Positions 9,679 through 22,524 are shown, counted from the first letter of the stretch. The stretch is DNA of 64,000 nucleotides from Octopus bimaculoides (GCF_001194135.2 NC_068994.1:42311604-42375603); one strand, 5' to 3'. Program-made: numbers and translations. Notes: generated by a model from the letters alone, not told the origin.

Positions 9679-10351
9679 TCAAGACAGAAACCACTGAACA
9701 GATTTTCACGTCAATCATTTCCATGATAGGGTGCTTGGTCGTGCTCTTTTCTCCTTTGACTTACAGTTATCTCCATGGGTGAGTTCTATTTGCATCTCAA
9801 GATATCATTTCATGTGCTTTTTCCCAGTTCTGTTACATCAACAAATCTTCAAAGAAAGTTTCAAAGCCAGATACTTGACATCCAACATGGCATATCTATT
9901 TCAAATGACCCTGTTACAATTATCTACTTGGAGCCAACCTCAACACACAAACAATATTTGTAGGTCTGCTAATACTACATTTTCTTCAATATTTTGTCTT
10001 AGGTCCTATAACTTTTAGCAAGTTTAATTAAACACACCTAAAGTGAGAGTTAAACAGTTTAATACTTTTAGGCTTGTCAGGCCACCTAGTTCCTAATATA
10101 CCATATAGAAAACAGTTAAGTCATTTTCATTATTTAGGATAGGTTGCAGAATCATTAGTGCATCTGACTAGTTCTTTCTGGCATTTATTCTGGCTCATTC
10201 TGAGTTCAAATTTTTTTGCCCTTCATATTTCTGGGGTCAATAAAATAAGTATAAGCCAAGCACTGGAATCAGTGTCGTTAAGTTGCTTCCTCTGGCTTTA
10301 TGCTAAAATTAGCTCTGGCTTTATGTTAGAATTATTCAGAGACGTATCTTA

Positions 10352-10745
10352 TTGATGGCCATGTGGTGTGTAAAGAAGTGCCGATCTTTAACTGTGGAAG
10401 GAACTTATGGAAGAGGTAGATCCAGGAAGACATGTGATGAGGTGATGAAGCATGACCTTCAAACGTTGGGCCTCATGGAAGTGATAAAAGTAACTGAGAC
10501 CTTTGGAGATATGCTGTGCTTGAGAAGACGTGTCAAGCCAAATGTAACTGTATTCGTGGTCGATGCTGGTGTCGTATAAATGACACCCGTACTGGTGGCA
10601 GATAAAAGTACCCATGCCATTAATACATAAGAAGCACCCATTACACTTTTGGAGTGGTTAAATGTTAGGAAGGGCATCCAACCATAGAAACTATGCCAAA
10701 TTGGATTGCCACTTGGTGCAGCTCTCTGACTTACCAGTTCCAGTC
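10352..10745 (+). mobile_element. RTE-clade LINE 3' fragment (family B)
   Basis: CVKKCRSLTVEGTYGRGRSRKTCDEVMKHDLQTLGL followed by the family-B 3'UTR (ttaggaagggcatccaaccatagaaac). Confidence 0.8.
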
Positions 10746-11604
10746 AAACCTCTTATCATAGTATTTTTTCATTGTCTTGCCCTTTTACAGTCTATTGTGT
10801 TGCTAAATTTTTACTGAGAACATATGTTTTTTTCGTGGTTAGATGATTCGGCATCTATTTCTAGCATATAGGAGTCCACTTTTGCTCTTATTTTNNNNNN
10901 NNNNNNNNNNNNNNNNNNNNNNNNNNNNNNNNNNNNNNNNNNNNNNNNNNNNNNNNNNNNNNNNNNNNNNNNNNNNNNNNNNNNNNNNNNNNNNNNNNNN
11001 NNNNNNNNNNNNNNNNNNNNNNNNNNNNNNNNNNNNNNNNNNNNNNNNNNNNNNNNNNNNNNNNNNNNNNNNNNNNNNNNNNNNNNNNNNNNNNNNNNNN
11101 NNNNNNNNNNNNNNNNNNNNNNNNNNNNNNNNNNNNNNNNNNNNNNNNNNNNNNNNNNNNNNNNNNNNNNNNNNNNNNNNNNNNNNNNNNNNNNNNNNNN
11201 NNNNNNNNNNNNNNNNNNNNNNNNNNNNNNNNNNNNNNNNNNNNNNNNNNNNNNNNNNNNNNNNNNNNNNNNNNNNNNNNNNNNNNNNNNNNNNNNNNNN
11301 NNNNNNNNNNNNNNNNNNNNNNNNNNNNNNNNNNNNNNNNNNNNNNNNNNNNNNNNNNNNNNNNNNNNNNNNNNNNNNNNNNNNNNNNNNNNNNNNNNNN
11401 NNNNNNNNNNNNNNNNNNNNNNNGCATAACTGTGCTACAGAAACTGTTTTGCACCTGTATTGACTACATATCCTTTCACTTGAACATTGTGTGTGAACAT
11501 TTTGCTGTCTTCAATATTATCAATTCTATAAATGTCTATGTGTCTGTGAGTGTGTGTTTGTTTCCGCATTCATTACATCTCTAGTAAAGGACATTTTACA
11601 CCAT

Positions 11605-12107
11605 TTTAATGAACTCACATCTCATGAAGTAGCCATCCTTATGGTAGATGATCCCCATGAAAATCATAATATTCTCATTTGTGCTTGAGCTAGCAACCTT
11701 AATTGTGTTTCAGAGACTCATCCCTCGTATGATGCATTCCAGTATCCTCTTATTCTGTGGAATGAACAAGATGGGTACCATTTCAATATTCCACAGATTG
11801 AACATGCAACAAGAAAGCCAATTACAAACAAAAAGATGTCATCAAATGACTTCTATTCTTACTAACTGATGTTAAGACCAGAACAATCAAATCAATTACA
11901 CATGTATCGTGGTCTATTTCAGCAATAAACATTATGTTGCTTAGGAATCTTGACACATCTCACCTGCATAATGGAATTTGCTTAATTGTTACATCTATGA
12001 AACCCCATATCCTACAAGCAACAATCATAACAGGTAGTCACAAAGGAGAAAATGTCTTTATTCCAAAAATCCCTCTCATACCTACAGATGATCCCTTTGA
12101 ATTTAAG
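11605..12107 (+). pseudogene. Helitron RepHel remnant: Rep-region segment joined to a Pif1-like helicase C-terminal segment
   Basis: FNELTSHEVAILMV...VSETHPSYDAFQYPLILWNEQDGYHFNIP...KKMSSNDFYSY*LMLR...LFQQ, then LRNLDTSHLHNGICLIVTSMKPHILQATIITGSHKGENVFIPKIPLIPTDDPFEFK. Both are typical Helitron motifs. Confidence 0.85.
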
Positions 12108-12154
12108 ATACACACAAAAGCATAAATATATACATATTTTTTCCAACTAAATAT

Positions 12155-12541
12155 AGGTGTGGCTGTGTGGTAAGTAGCTTGCTTACGAACCACATGGTTC
12201 CAGGTTCAGTCCCACTGCATGGTACCTTGGGCAAGTGTCTTCTACTATAGCCTTGGGCCGACCAAAGCCTTGTGAGTGGATTTGGTAGACAGAAACTGCA
12301 AGAAGCCCGTCGTATATATGTATATATATGAGTATGTGTTTGTGTATCTGTGTTTATCCCTCCAACATCACTTGGCAACCGATGCTAGTGTGTTTACGTT
12401 CCTGTAACTTAGCAGTTCGGCAAAAGAGACCAATAGAATAAGTACTAGGCTTACAAAGAATAAGTCCTGGGGTCGATTTGCTCGACTAAAGGCGGTGCTC
12501 CAGCATAGCCACAGTCACATGACTGAAACAAGTAAAAGAGT
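12155..12541 (+). mobile_element. Near full-length tRNA/CORE-type SINE (family A)
   Basis: A-box-like tggctgtgtgg, B-box-like ggttcagtccc, CORE-like accttgggcaagt, central TA/TG microsatellite, aaaagagta tail. ccaactaaatata at 12143-12155 and 12612-12624 is a possible TSD. Confidence 0.9.
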
Positions 12542-12542
12542 A

Positions 12543-12591
<49 letters not shown>

Positions 12592-13057
12592 CAGACATAG
12601 ATATATATTTGCCAACTAAATATATATATATATATATATAAATTGATAGATATGAAATATTTACATCTGCAAGACAAAATTATGTGTTATTACTGTAGAA
12701 TAAGGACTAATCAGTAGAATATACATTTAAGTGAAGTATACTTTATATTTGAAATAAGGTAGACAAATAAAAACAAATTCATGGTTAGAAAGGTTACAGC
12801 AGAAGGAATTTATAGTCTGAAAATTTTTTTTTTTTTTAGCATTTTATTTTGAAATATTATTTTAGAAAGAAAAATACAGAATGAATGAAAGAACTTGAAA
12901 GTATACCAAATCACACAATACCAAAATAAAACAAATCAATATTATCAAATAGGTAGATGTTTCTTGGCAAAGGCTGAATACTGTAAACTATATATATAAC
13001 TATATATGAGTGTTTACATGTATTTGCTGATGTATGATATAATTATATGTCTGCTGT

Positions 13058-13133
<76 letters not shown>

Positions 13134-13483
13134 ATTTATGTATGTATGTATGTAGGTGTGCATGAGTGTTAGTGTGTGTGTGTGTTTGTAGGTGTATGAG
13201 TTCATATGTCTCTTCTATTTTCTCCTTGTTTTGATGTTGTTTGTACACTGTGTGGAAACAAAGTTGGTTATTGTCTGTACAAACAGTGTCGTTGTTTACG
13301 ATCTGCAATGAAAAATGTGTCTGACAATTCAGTTGTTCATTGTTGAAGAACTAGGGGAAGGAAATATTGCATTTACTTGAAAATAGGTGAAGTTGAGCAA
13401 CAGGAAGAACGTCTGTCAGTAGAATATCTGCCTCTTGATATGTTTTGACTGCTCCGTGCCATCATTGAAGAAGGATCATTAAA

Positions 13484-13670
13484 ATGATGATGATGGTAGT
13501 GATGATGACAACGACGATGATGATCTTTATCATCACCATCATGGATGTCATAGTTGTTGTTGTCATTATAATCATCATCATCATGGCTGTCATAATTGTT
13601 GTCATTATCATCCTTGTCGTCGTCGCTGTCATCATCTTCATCATCATCATCATCATCATTATCATCATCG
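13484..13670. repeat. Imperfect (GAT/CAT/GTT)n trinucleotide tract
   Basis: Direct inspection. It explains the poly-Asp, poly-Ile and poly-Met ORFs in the track. Confidence 0.9.
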
Positions 13671-14998
13671 ACAGGAGCAGAAGCAGCAGCAATCACATCA
13701 GTAGCCTCGATAGCAGCTACAATAGCAACCACACCAAATGTATATTTACATCCGTTTTTCTAGGTCGGCATGGGTTGAATGTTCTCAAAGGATATCTGAT
13801 GAGTCAGAGGTTCCATGACTTCCTCCAGCATCTTAGCTATGGCCTGTTTTCAAAGCTGAATGATCCTCCTAATACCAGTCATTTTATGGACTATATAGAG
13901 CATGTTTTTACCTCACACCTGAGTAATAGGGGCTGCTTTTCCTCCATCGAGAATAAAGAGTTCTCTCAACCCCACATTGTGTACTCAATTTGCCAAACCT
14001 CACTCTGCAGAGTATTGTCACAGATATATGTATATATATATATATATACATACATACGTACAAATGGTGCAGGTGTGGCAGTGTGGTTCTAGCTTCAGTC
14101 TCACTGTTGCACCTTGGACATGCAGTAGGGCTATAGCTTGGGCTGGCCAATGTTTCATGAGTGGCTTTCATAGATGGAAACTGAAACAAGCATGTTGTAT
14201 GTGTGCTTGTGTGTGTGTGTGTGTGCATGGATACCAATTACTAAAATAATTGTATGTATATATGTCAATATATCTATTGTAAAAGAAAATCTACTGTAAG
14301 GTTATATATATAAATTATCCATAGAAATGACACTTGTATTTAGTAATAGATTAGAATTACAAACTGATTTATATGCATGTATATGTATATCTATCTATCT
14401 ATCTATCTATATATATATATATATATATACTTATATATAAAGGGCATTAACTGTATATTAATGCCTCACGCTTCGAGGGACTAAATAAGTAAAAAACTAC
14501 CAAAAGAATAAGCAACATATTTACTGAAAGCGAGGGAATGCAGCTTTCAAAATTTATCTCTTAAAAACATTTAACTCAATGGTAGACCACTGGTTTCTCA
14601 ATCAAATACAGAAAAACTGTGAAGTAACCTGTATTCTTTTGTTCATCAGTACACGTATGGTCAAGATGCATAAAGAATAAACAAGAATCAACCTACCACG
14701 ATGTAGCCATCACAGTATGACGATTTTCGTTCATGATTATATATCCATGAAAGAGATTTGAATTTTTCCAGTTGCATCTCAGTAACATGTGCTTATACAG
14801 AATAATATTCAGCACTGAATATATTCTAATTATTTATAATATAATATAGGATAAATTCTTTATAAGAATTTATCAAGTAGTCAGCGTGAAAAAACCTCAA
14901 AATGAAAAANNNNNNNNNNNNNNNNNNNNNNNNNNNNNNNNNNNNNNNNNNNNNNNNNNNNNNNNNNNNAACGAAAAATTTTCGTAATGAAAAAAATA

Positions 14999-15039
<41 letters not shown>

Positions 15040-15295
15040 GGAAAAGCTATAAAAATTGTCTGATTCTGTCTGCTAACACAAACTAAAATAGCTAAAAGCT
15101 GTATGAAACATCTGGAATAAGTAATATAAATTTTAATGAAAAAATAATATGAACTGAATTTAGACAAATTAAATTAAACTAACAACAGCATTTTTTTAAA
15201 TAAATTTTGTGTATGAAGTAATGGTGGTGAGATAACAGACCAATGCCACACATGTGTGAACTGAAACTAAAGAGTGTAATATCAAGTGTATAAAA

Positions 15296-15618
15296 ATGGC
15301 ACATGGCTCAGTGATTAGAATGTTGGACTCATAATCATGAGGTACTTAGTTTGATTCCTAGACTGGGCAGTGTGTTGTGTTCTTGAGCAAGACTCTTTAT
15401 TTCTTGTTACACCAGTTCACTTAGCTGAAGAGTGCCAAGCTGTATCGGCCTTTGCCTTTCTCTTGGACAACATCGGTGGCATAGAAAGGGGAGGGTGCTA
15501 TGCATGGGTGACTGCTGGTCTTCCATAAACAACCTTGCCCAGACTTATACCTCAGTGGGGAACTTTCTAGGTGCATCCTATGGTCATTCATGACTGAAAG
15601 GGGTCTTTACCCTTTTAC
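15296..15618 (+). mobile_element. tRNA-derived SINE of a different family, with tttaccctttt tail
   Basis: A-box-like tggctcagtga, B-box-like gtttgattcc, then gtgttgtgttcttgagcaagact (CORE/V-like central domain). Confidence 0.6.
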
Positions 15619-17057
15619 CATATACTTTTACACTTTTTAGCCATTTATATAAAACTCGTCCTACATAACTCACACTTTATTAACCAATCCCACATATCTA
15701 TGCGTTATTTTATTTTTATTGTATTTTGTATTTATTTATATATTATGTAATATCTACGCTTTCAAATTACCAAAAGCATTGTTCTTCTAACATGCTTTAT
15801 TCACTTTTGCACATTTATATTACATTCTTTAGATCTAATTCCAGAAGTGTCTGTGGTAATGGTTATGCTAGCTTCTTGCTATTACCTTTAAATCAGTACA
15901 AACATTCTCAAACTTTCAGATCTTTTTCTTAGGTTGTTTGACACTAATGGAAGTAGGTGGTCCTCTCTTGGGTGTTGAAATCATGATGATATATATTAGG
16001 TTGTTGATGAGGAAATTCCCTAGCTGTGTTAAACTGGATTTCATTTGGTAGTTACGCCTCTGCTTGTTGTTAATGTCCAGTGGTTTCTTTTTATGTTGAT
16101 TGTTTCGTTATGCAGTGCTTTATGGGGATTATGCAGGTTCTTAGGTCATTTCTGATCCAAGGTGGAATTAGCCATGAGGTTAGATCTAATTATATTTTAG
16201 CATAGTCAAATTGCCATGATACAATAAATATGAAGCATATATATACATACACCCACTCATACAGAAGCATGCAAATATATACTTGAATATACTGTTGCAG
16301 GTGATATATATATATATATAACATAACTACAGCATCAGAAGCCTTTTAACATCCACTTTTCTGTGCTTGTATGGGTCAGAAGGAAATTTTGTAGCACATT
16401 TTCTAGAAAGCAAGTTAATGTGTATTTAAATTTTTTTTTTTTTTTTTATAGTTTCAGCTTATAGCTGCGGCCATGCTGATGCAATGTATATATGCATAAT
16501 ACACACACACACACATATAGGTATATATATATATATACATACACACACACACACATATACATATATATATATATGTATATGCAGGGTGCAATGAATAAAC
16601 TGTCATCTAAGTTATACAAAAGTGAAAATAACACNNNNNNNNNNNNNNNNNNNNNNNNNNNNNNNNNNNNNNNNNNNNNNNNNNNNNNNNNNNNNNNNNN
16701 NNNNNNNNNNNNNNNNNNNNNNNNNNNNNNNNNNNNNNNNNNNNNNNNNNNNNNNNNNNNNNNNNNNNNNNNNNNNNNNNNNNNNNNNNNNNNNNNNNNN
16801 NNNNNNNNNNNNNNNNNNNNNNNNNNNNNNNNNNNNNNNNNNNNNNNNNNNNNNNNNTATATATATTATGCACTGAATTTGATTTGAATTTGGTGAGAGA
16901 CTCTTCAAGACATAATGGATTACAGTGTGGCGAGATGGATTTTTTCATTTTAGGTACAGTGTGACCTGCTGAGGAGAATTAAGGCTCGACCCAGAATTTG
17001 AAATCAGGATCCCAGTATATCTGTCACCTTATACTATGGCTTATTAGCTGAGAAAAT

Positions 17058-17793
17058 ATGTTACTGTCGTTTTAGCCCCAGGAAAACATCTTTTTCAGCT
17101 GGTCATTGACACACTCTGTGTCCATATATCTTTTGTAAGGGAGGTCATCGTTCCCATCTCTAGCCTTGTGATATTCACAGACCTAAGTTTCTGGATTGTT
17201 GCCCATCCTCACTGTGAGAAAACCACAAGCTAGTGATGAAAGCTCTCCCCACTTGCAAATATTATATATTCTTTAAGCAACACACAGTTGCTGATCTCTT
17301 ATAGTGACAAACAATTGTTATAGATCTCTGAGCAAGAGATATACAGCAACAGTACTAAATAGTAAAGTTTATATTGCCAACAGAATGTGGCAGTCCTATA
17401 AAGGATGATGTTACTGTTGTTTTAGCCTCAGGGAAACGTTTTTCCAGCTGGCCATTGTCACACATTCTGTGTCCGTATAGCATGTGCTAGGGAGGTCATC
17501 GTTCCCATTTCTAGCCTTCCATGATACTCACAGACGTACGTTTCTAGGTTTCATTGCTAGCTTGTGGCTTCTCACACTGCAGACAGGTAACCACCTAGAA
17601 ACCTAGGTCTGTGAGTAACATGTTACGCTAGAGATGGCAGCGATGACCTCCCTTAAAAATGCTATAGGAACACAGACTGCTAAAACAACAGTAACACCTT
17701 TCTTTATAGGACTGCCACATTCTGTTAGCATATAAATTTTACTATTTAGTACTGTTACTGCATATCTCTCACTCAGAGATTTAAAACAAATTG
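17058..17793. mobile_element. Fold-back element: long inverted repeat (17309-17548 / 17594-17793) plus a partial upstream copy (17058-17243)
   Basis: cagtactaaatagtaaagtttatattgccaacagaatgtggcagtcctataaag is inverted at 17703-17756. 17058-17200 repeats 17408-17548 directly. Confidence 0.7.
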
Positions 17794-18559
17794 TTTTTCT
17801 CTGTATGTATATACAATTTACACACACACACATATATATATATATATAAAGAGAGAGAGAGAGAGACATATATATATATACATACATACATACATATATA
17901 TATACATACATAGATATATATATACATACACATGTATAAATATATACATATGTGTGTGTAGATAGATACATAGATATATAAATAAACACACACATTTACA
18001 CATAAAGGGAAAGAGAGAGAGAGGGAGTCAGCTGGGGGAGATAATTTAAATAATCCAGTGACATGAATTTAGGCAATTCAGATAGCAGCTGATGTGTTTA
18101 AATGACATACACAAAACAGTCTTAATGAATTGAAATTTGGTCTTTAGTTGGAGAAAGAAGACAAGTACCTGCCTGTAATTCTTAATGACTACCAAAGAAA
18201 AATAGAGATAATTTCAAGAATTTAAGAACCAGTGTCACAGAAAATTTAGATACTTAAAAGGGAAAAAAATCTGTCCTTTGTTAGCAAGCAAGGTGACAGT
18301 TACCAATTAGCATTTTGTGCTTTTGTTTGTGTGCATAATTTAATGGAATCTGTATTTTTGTGTACTTAACTGTTCACTTATGAATAAGTGCATGAATGTG
18401 TGTGAAAATGTTTGAATTTGTGTGTTTTGTGTGGAGTTTTGTATGTGTATATGTGCATGAAAGAATGCGTGTTAGTAAATAAAGCTGCATGTACACACTC
18501 AGACATATACACCTTGATATCAAATTAAGAAGTAATAGGGCTTGCAATTTTCAGCATGT

Positions 18560-19355
18560 AGACATGTGAGTGTGTGTGTATTTGTGCATGCATGAGGCAA
18601 GTGTTTAGTGTGTATGTATGTGTGCCTGTGTGGTATGTATTTGCATATAAATATTTGTGTGTGTAGGTATGCATGTGTGTATGTGTATTCATATGACATG
18701 CAAACACAAGCATATATATACACACATGCATACAAGCACACTTAAACACATACACGCATGCACACACAAGCATATACACGCTTCCCCCCCACACACACAT
18801 GCTAAAAATCTCATATATACATGCACACATGCATATACACACACATAAGGCTTCATGTGTGTGTACTTGTGCATGCATGAGCCAAGTGTTTAGTATGTGT
18901 GTATGTGTGTGGTGTGTATTTGCATATAAATATTTGTGTGTAGGTATGCATGTGTGTATGTGCATTCCTATGACACATGTAAGCACACAAGCATACATAT
19001 ACACATGCATACAAACACACTACAATACATACACACATGCACACGCAAGCTTACACACGCCTCCCCCACACACATGCAAAAACTCATATACACATGCACA
19101 CATGCATACACACACATAAGGTTTCGTATGTTTAGTTTCTGTAAGCATACAAGCTTTAGTATATGTGAATGTTTACTATATATGTGAGAGAATATCTACA
19201 CACACACACACACCCGCACACATACACTGAAACACATACACACATGCACACACTCATATACACACATGCACACACTCACATACACACATAAGTTTTCATA
19301 TTCTGAATTTCTGTAAGCATACAAGCTGTAGCATATGTAAATGTTTACTATATGT
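18560..19355. repeat. Tandem duplications of CA/TG-rich units (~280 bp x2, then ~65 bp x2)
   Basis: 18560-18850 vs 18856-19120, and tttctgtaagcatacaagct...atgtttactatatatgtg at ~19135 and ~19308. Confidence 0.75.
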
Positions 19356-19426
19356 GTAATTGTATATATCTACATAGGTACGCACATATACACACACACA
19401 CACACGTGCTCGCACACACACACGTG

Positions 19427-19468
<42 letters not shown>

Positions 19469-20232
19469 ACTCACATATACATAAAAGATTTCCATAATAC
19501 ATTTCAGGAAAAAAGTTCAACTAACTACTTTCAGAAACAATAATGATCAGAGGATTATTTTCTCTTTCCAAAACTTGTGACAACATTTAAACTCACGAAA
19601 GTTAGGCCAAAATATTTCAATATGAGCAACCTTGTTATCTCCAGCAATATTTGACATTACATATACAATTCTAGAAGGCAGCAGAATTTTCTAGAAATAA
19701 AATACAATCTAGTTTGAAATATGTCAAAAGTCTTGCAGAGAATTGCAGCCAATCACTTTGAGGTATCGGTCTCAGCAAAAAGAATCCAGCCAATAAATGT
19801 GCTGGAGCATTTATATGATTAAGTTTAAACACCTCAGGTGCCTTGCTTTTTAAAAGTAAAAAGATGTCTTTAGCACTAAAGCAAAGAAGCATCAAATCAT
19901 AACACCACCTAGAAACCACTCAGAATGTTAAGATTTTTGCACATAAAAATCTAAAACAGTTACTGATCTATTGATTGCAAAAAAACTGCTGCAGTTGCAA
20001 CAGAAAACACTCAGAATCCTTCATTTTTTTGTGGGAGAGGACACACTCGTAGGGTTACTGTACTTTTATACCAATAACTCATTGACAATCAGCTTGTACT
20101 TTCAACCAGCACCCGTAACATAGAGCCAAGCACCAATCAAAATGCTAAAACATTGCAATATTTAGAAAAGCAGCAGTCTTGAAGATTTATAACAGCATTT
20201 TGCTCTTATGTGCATTTTTGTGGTGTGATACT

Positions 20233-20628
20233 CAGGGCTGGATTAAGACTCGTAGAGGCCCTAAGCACTTAACAGATTTTGGTGCCCCCATGTATATGAA
20301 ATTCAAAATATTAACAATAATAAACCATAAAATAATTTTATATTTTTCAAAATGAAACAAAACTAAAAGAAAGCTGAAAAGATTTTTTTATATATATTTT
20401 CTCCTTTTTTTTTTAAATTGCAAAGTCTTTGATCAGATCCTCAAAATTAATCTTACGTAACACATCTACTTCTATACATAATAGAGATAAGATATCCTGA
20501 ATATTATTTTAGCAAGTTTAAAGTGATTTCTTCTGTGCTGTAAACCATTTACCGTTTCTGTGGTGCCTCCTCCTTCCCCCGATACTCTATGTACATGCTT
20601 ATTTTGCTTAATGGTTGATCCAGCTCTG
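20233..20628. mobile_element. Non-autonomous hAT-like element with degenerate 8-bp TSD
   Basis: TIRs cagggctggatta / tgatccagctctg. Flanks gtgatact (20225-20232) and gtgactct (20629-20636). Confidence 0.7.
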
Positions 20629-20902
20629 GTGACTCTATATCAGCCATTCATGATCTTGGAATAGAAACATTGCTAAAACTTTGATCAATTAATTCTAATG
20701 TTTAAAACTAGATCCAGGTTTTCAGTAACCCAGAAAGTGTCAAAATAGACATTTTAAATGCAGGTGAAGCTGCTTGTACAATGGTGCCTTATTTGACACT
20801 CTCATACAGCAGGACTTCCACCTTAAAGTATTTATCTTTATCTTGGGTTGCTTCATTTTATGTCACAGATGTACTAGACTATAACTTCAGGTACAAAATA
20901 CT

Positions 20903-21104
20903 CTTTTCTACTCTAGGCACAAGGCCTGAAATTTTTGTGGGGAAGGTGCCAGTCAATTAGGCCAACTGGTACTTAATTTATCGATCCAGAAAAGATGAAA
21001 GGCAAAGTCGACCTTGGCAAAATTTGAACTCAGAACGTAGCAACAGACGAAATACCACTAGGTATTTCGTCCGGTGTTCTAACGAATCTGCCAGCTTGCT
21101 GCCT
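20903..21104 (-). mobile_element. tRNA-derived SINE (family C) with perfect 17-bp TSD
   Basis: TSD ttcaggtacaaaatact at 20886-20902 and 21105-21121. B-box-like gagttcaaatt on the minus strand. Confidence 0.85.
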
Positions 21105-21159
21105 TTCAGGTACAAAATACTGTAAGGATTGTTTACTCTCATTGACATTTCTTAATTCT

Positions 21160-21392
21160 TATTTCTTTACTGCCCACAAGGGGCTACACACAGAGGGGAC
21201 AAACAAGGATAGACAAATGGATTAAGTCGATTATATCGACCCCAGTGCGTAACTGGTACTTATTTAATCGACCCCAAAAGGATGAAAAACAAAGTCAACC
21301 TTGACAGAATTTGAACTCAGAAAGTAGCAGCAGACGAAATACCGCTAAGCATTTCACCTGGCATGCTAACATTTCTGCCAGCTCACCACCCA
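21160..21392 (-). mobile_element. tRNA-derived SINE (family C, different 3' tail) with perfect 17-bp TSD
   Basis: TSD tgacatttcttaattct at 21143-21159 and 21393-21409. Confidence 0.85.
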
Positions 21393-22484
21393 TGACATTT
21401 CTTAATTCTAGTGGCATATGGTTATACATACACAACATACACTCATTCACTTGAAACTGATTATATAACAAAAAAAGATTAGTGCTTAAACATAAATTGC
21501 CAACAGGATTACATTAGAATCTTAAAAATATATTTATAAATAAGGGCATAGTCGGGGGTTCATATTATATAAGAGGGTAATATACATAACTCCTTTTTTT
21601 TTGGCAACAAAATGTAGTGGAGTGCATTAATTTTGAGACTGCATTGTATTCATGTATATGGGATAAATATGATATATAAACACGTATACATACATATACG
21701 TGTGTGTGTGTGTGTATCAATTTACTGTTATATCCCATGGTGCCAAGTAAAAATAATAACTTCACAGAATGACTAACTCACAGAATAAGTTCAAATTAGG
21801 ATGAAATCGTGTAAAATTGCTTTCTCTAAAATGTATGAAGAACTGATGAAGGATGTGAATCTACAATCTCCTATCATCTTGATAGTCGGCATAACATCAA
21901 AAGCAATGTATTCTAATGATACAGAATGCCCTCTCACTGATGTCCACAATTGCTGTTATGATGTCGAGACAGTTGTTATTCTTCTGTATGGTGAATGGAG
22001 CTTATTTGAACAAATATTAGTTATTCCAGAATGGATAAAAACAAAAACAAAAATAAAATAATTTAAAAAAATCTCTGAGAGAATGGTATAGATGAAATAG
22101 AATATAATAAAAAAAAAAACAGAAATAGAAAAGAAATAAATAAATATAAGACAAAATGGAGGGGGAACTGAATGTAAGCAAATGAAATAAAACGATTGCA
22201 ATGTAATGACAAATATCAAAGAAGACTCGCAGAAAAAGCCATTTTTGATATGGCAGAACAGTAAAAATTGTAGTTCATCCTTTGCTATGTAATCAAGCCA
22301 GTAGCTACGTAATGGCTCACACAAGACCATCATTTGTGTTCATTTAGAAATTCTTATTGGCTTTAAAAAGTAAGAAGGCCTCTTCTAAACAAGACACACA
22401 AAATTACTAATACTTGCGCAGGCATGCATTTTCATAAACACAATTAGGATTATATTCACTCATATGCATACATAACTGCATACA

Positions 22485-22524
<40 letters not shown>

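Noticed and set aside
13373-14092. Asp/His-rich minus ORF (13373-13732) and Ile/Val/Met-rich plus ORF (13484-14092)
   Set aside because: Both are dominated by the GAT/CAT trinucleotide tract and an RTE tail remnant.
15830-16200. Possible decayed retroelement coding sequence on the minus strand
   Set aside because: I could not match any diagnostic motif with confidence.
21782-21825. 44-nt minus-strand exon-like segment (ttttag|...|gtgagt) and overlapping 86-aa plus ORF 21801-22061
   Set aside because: There is no recognisable homology and no partner exon. Such signals are expected by chance in AT-rich DNA.
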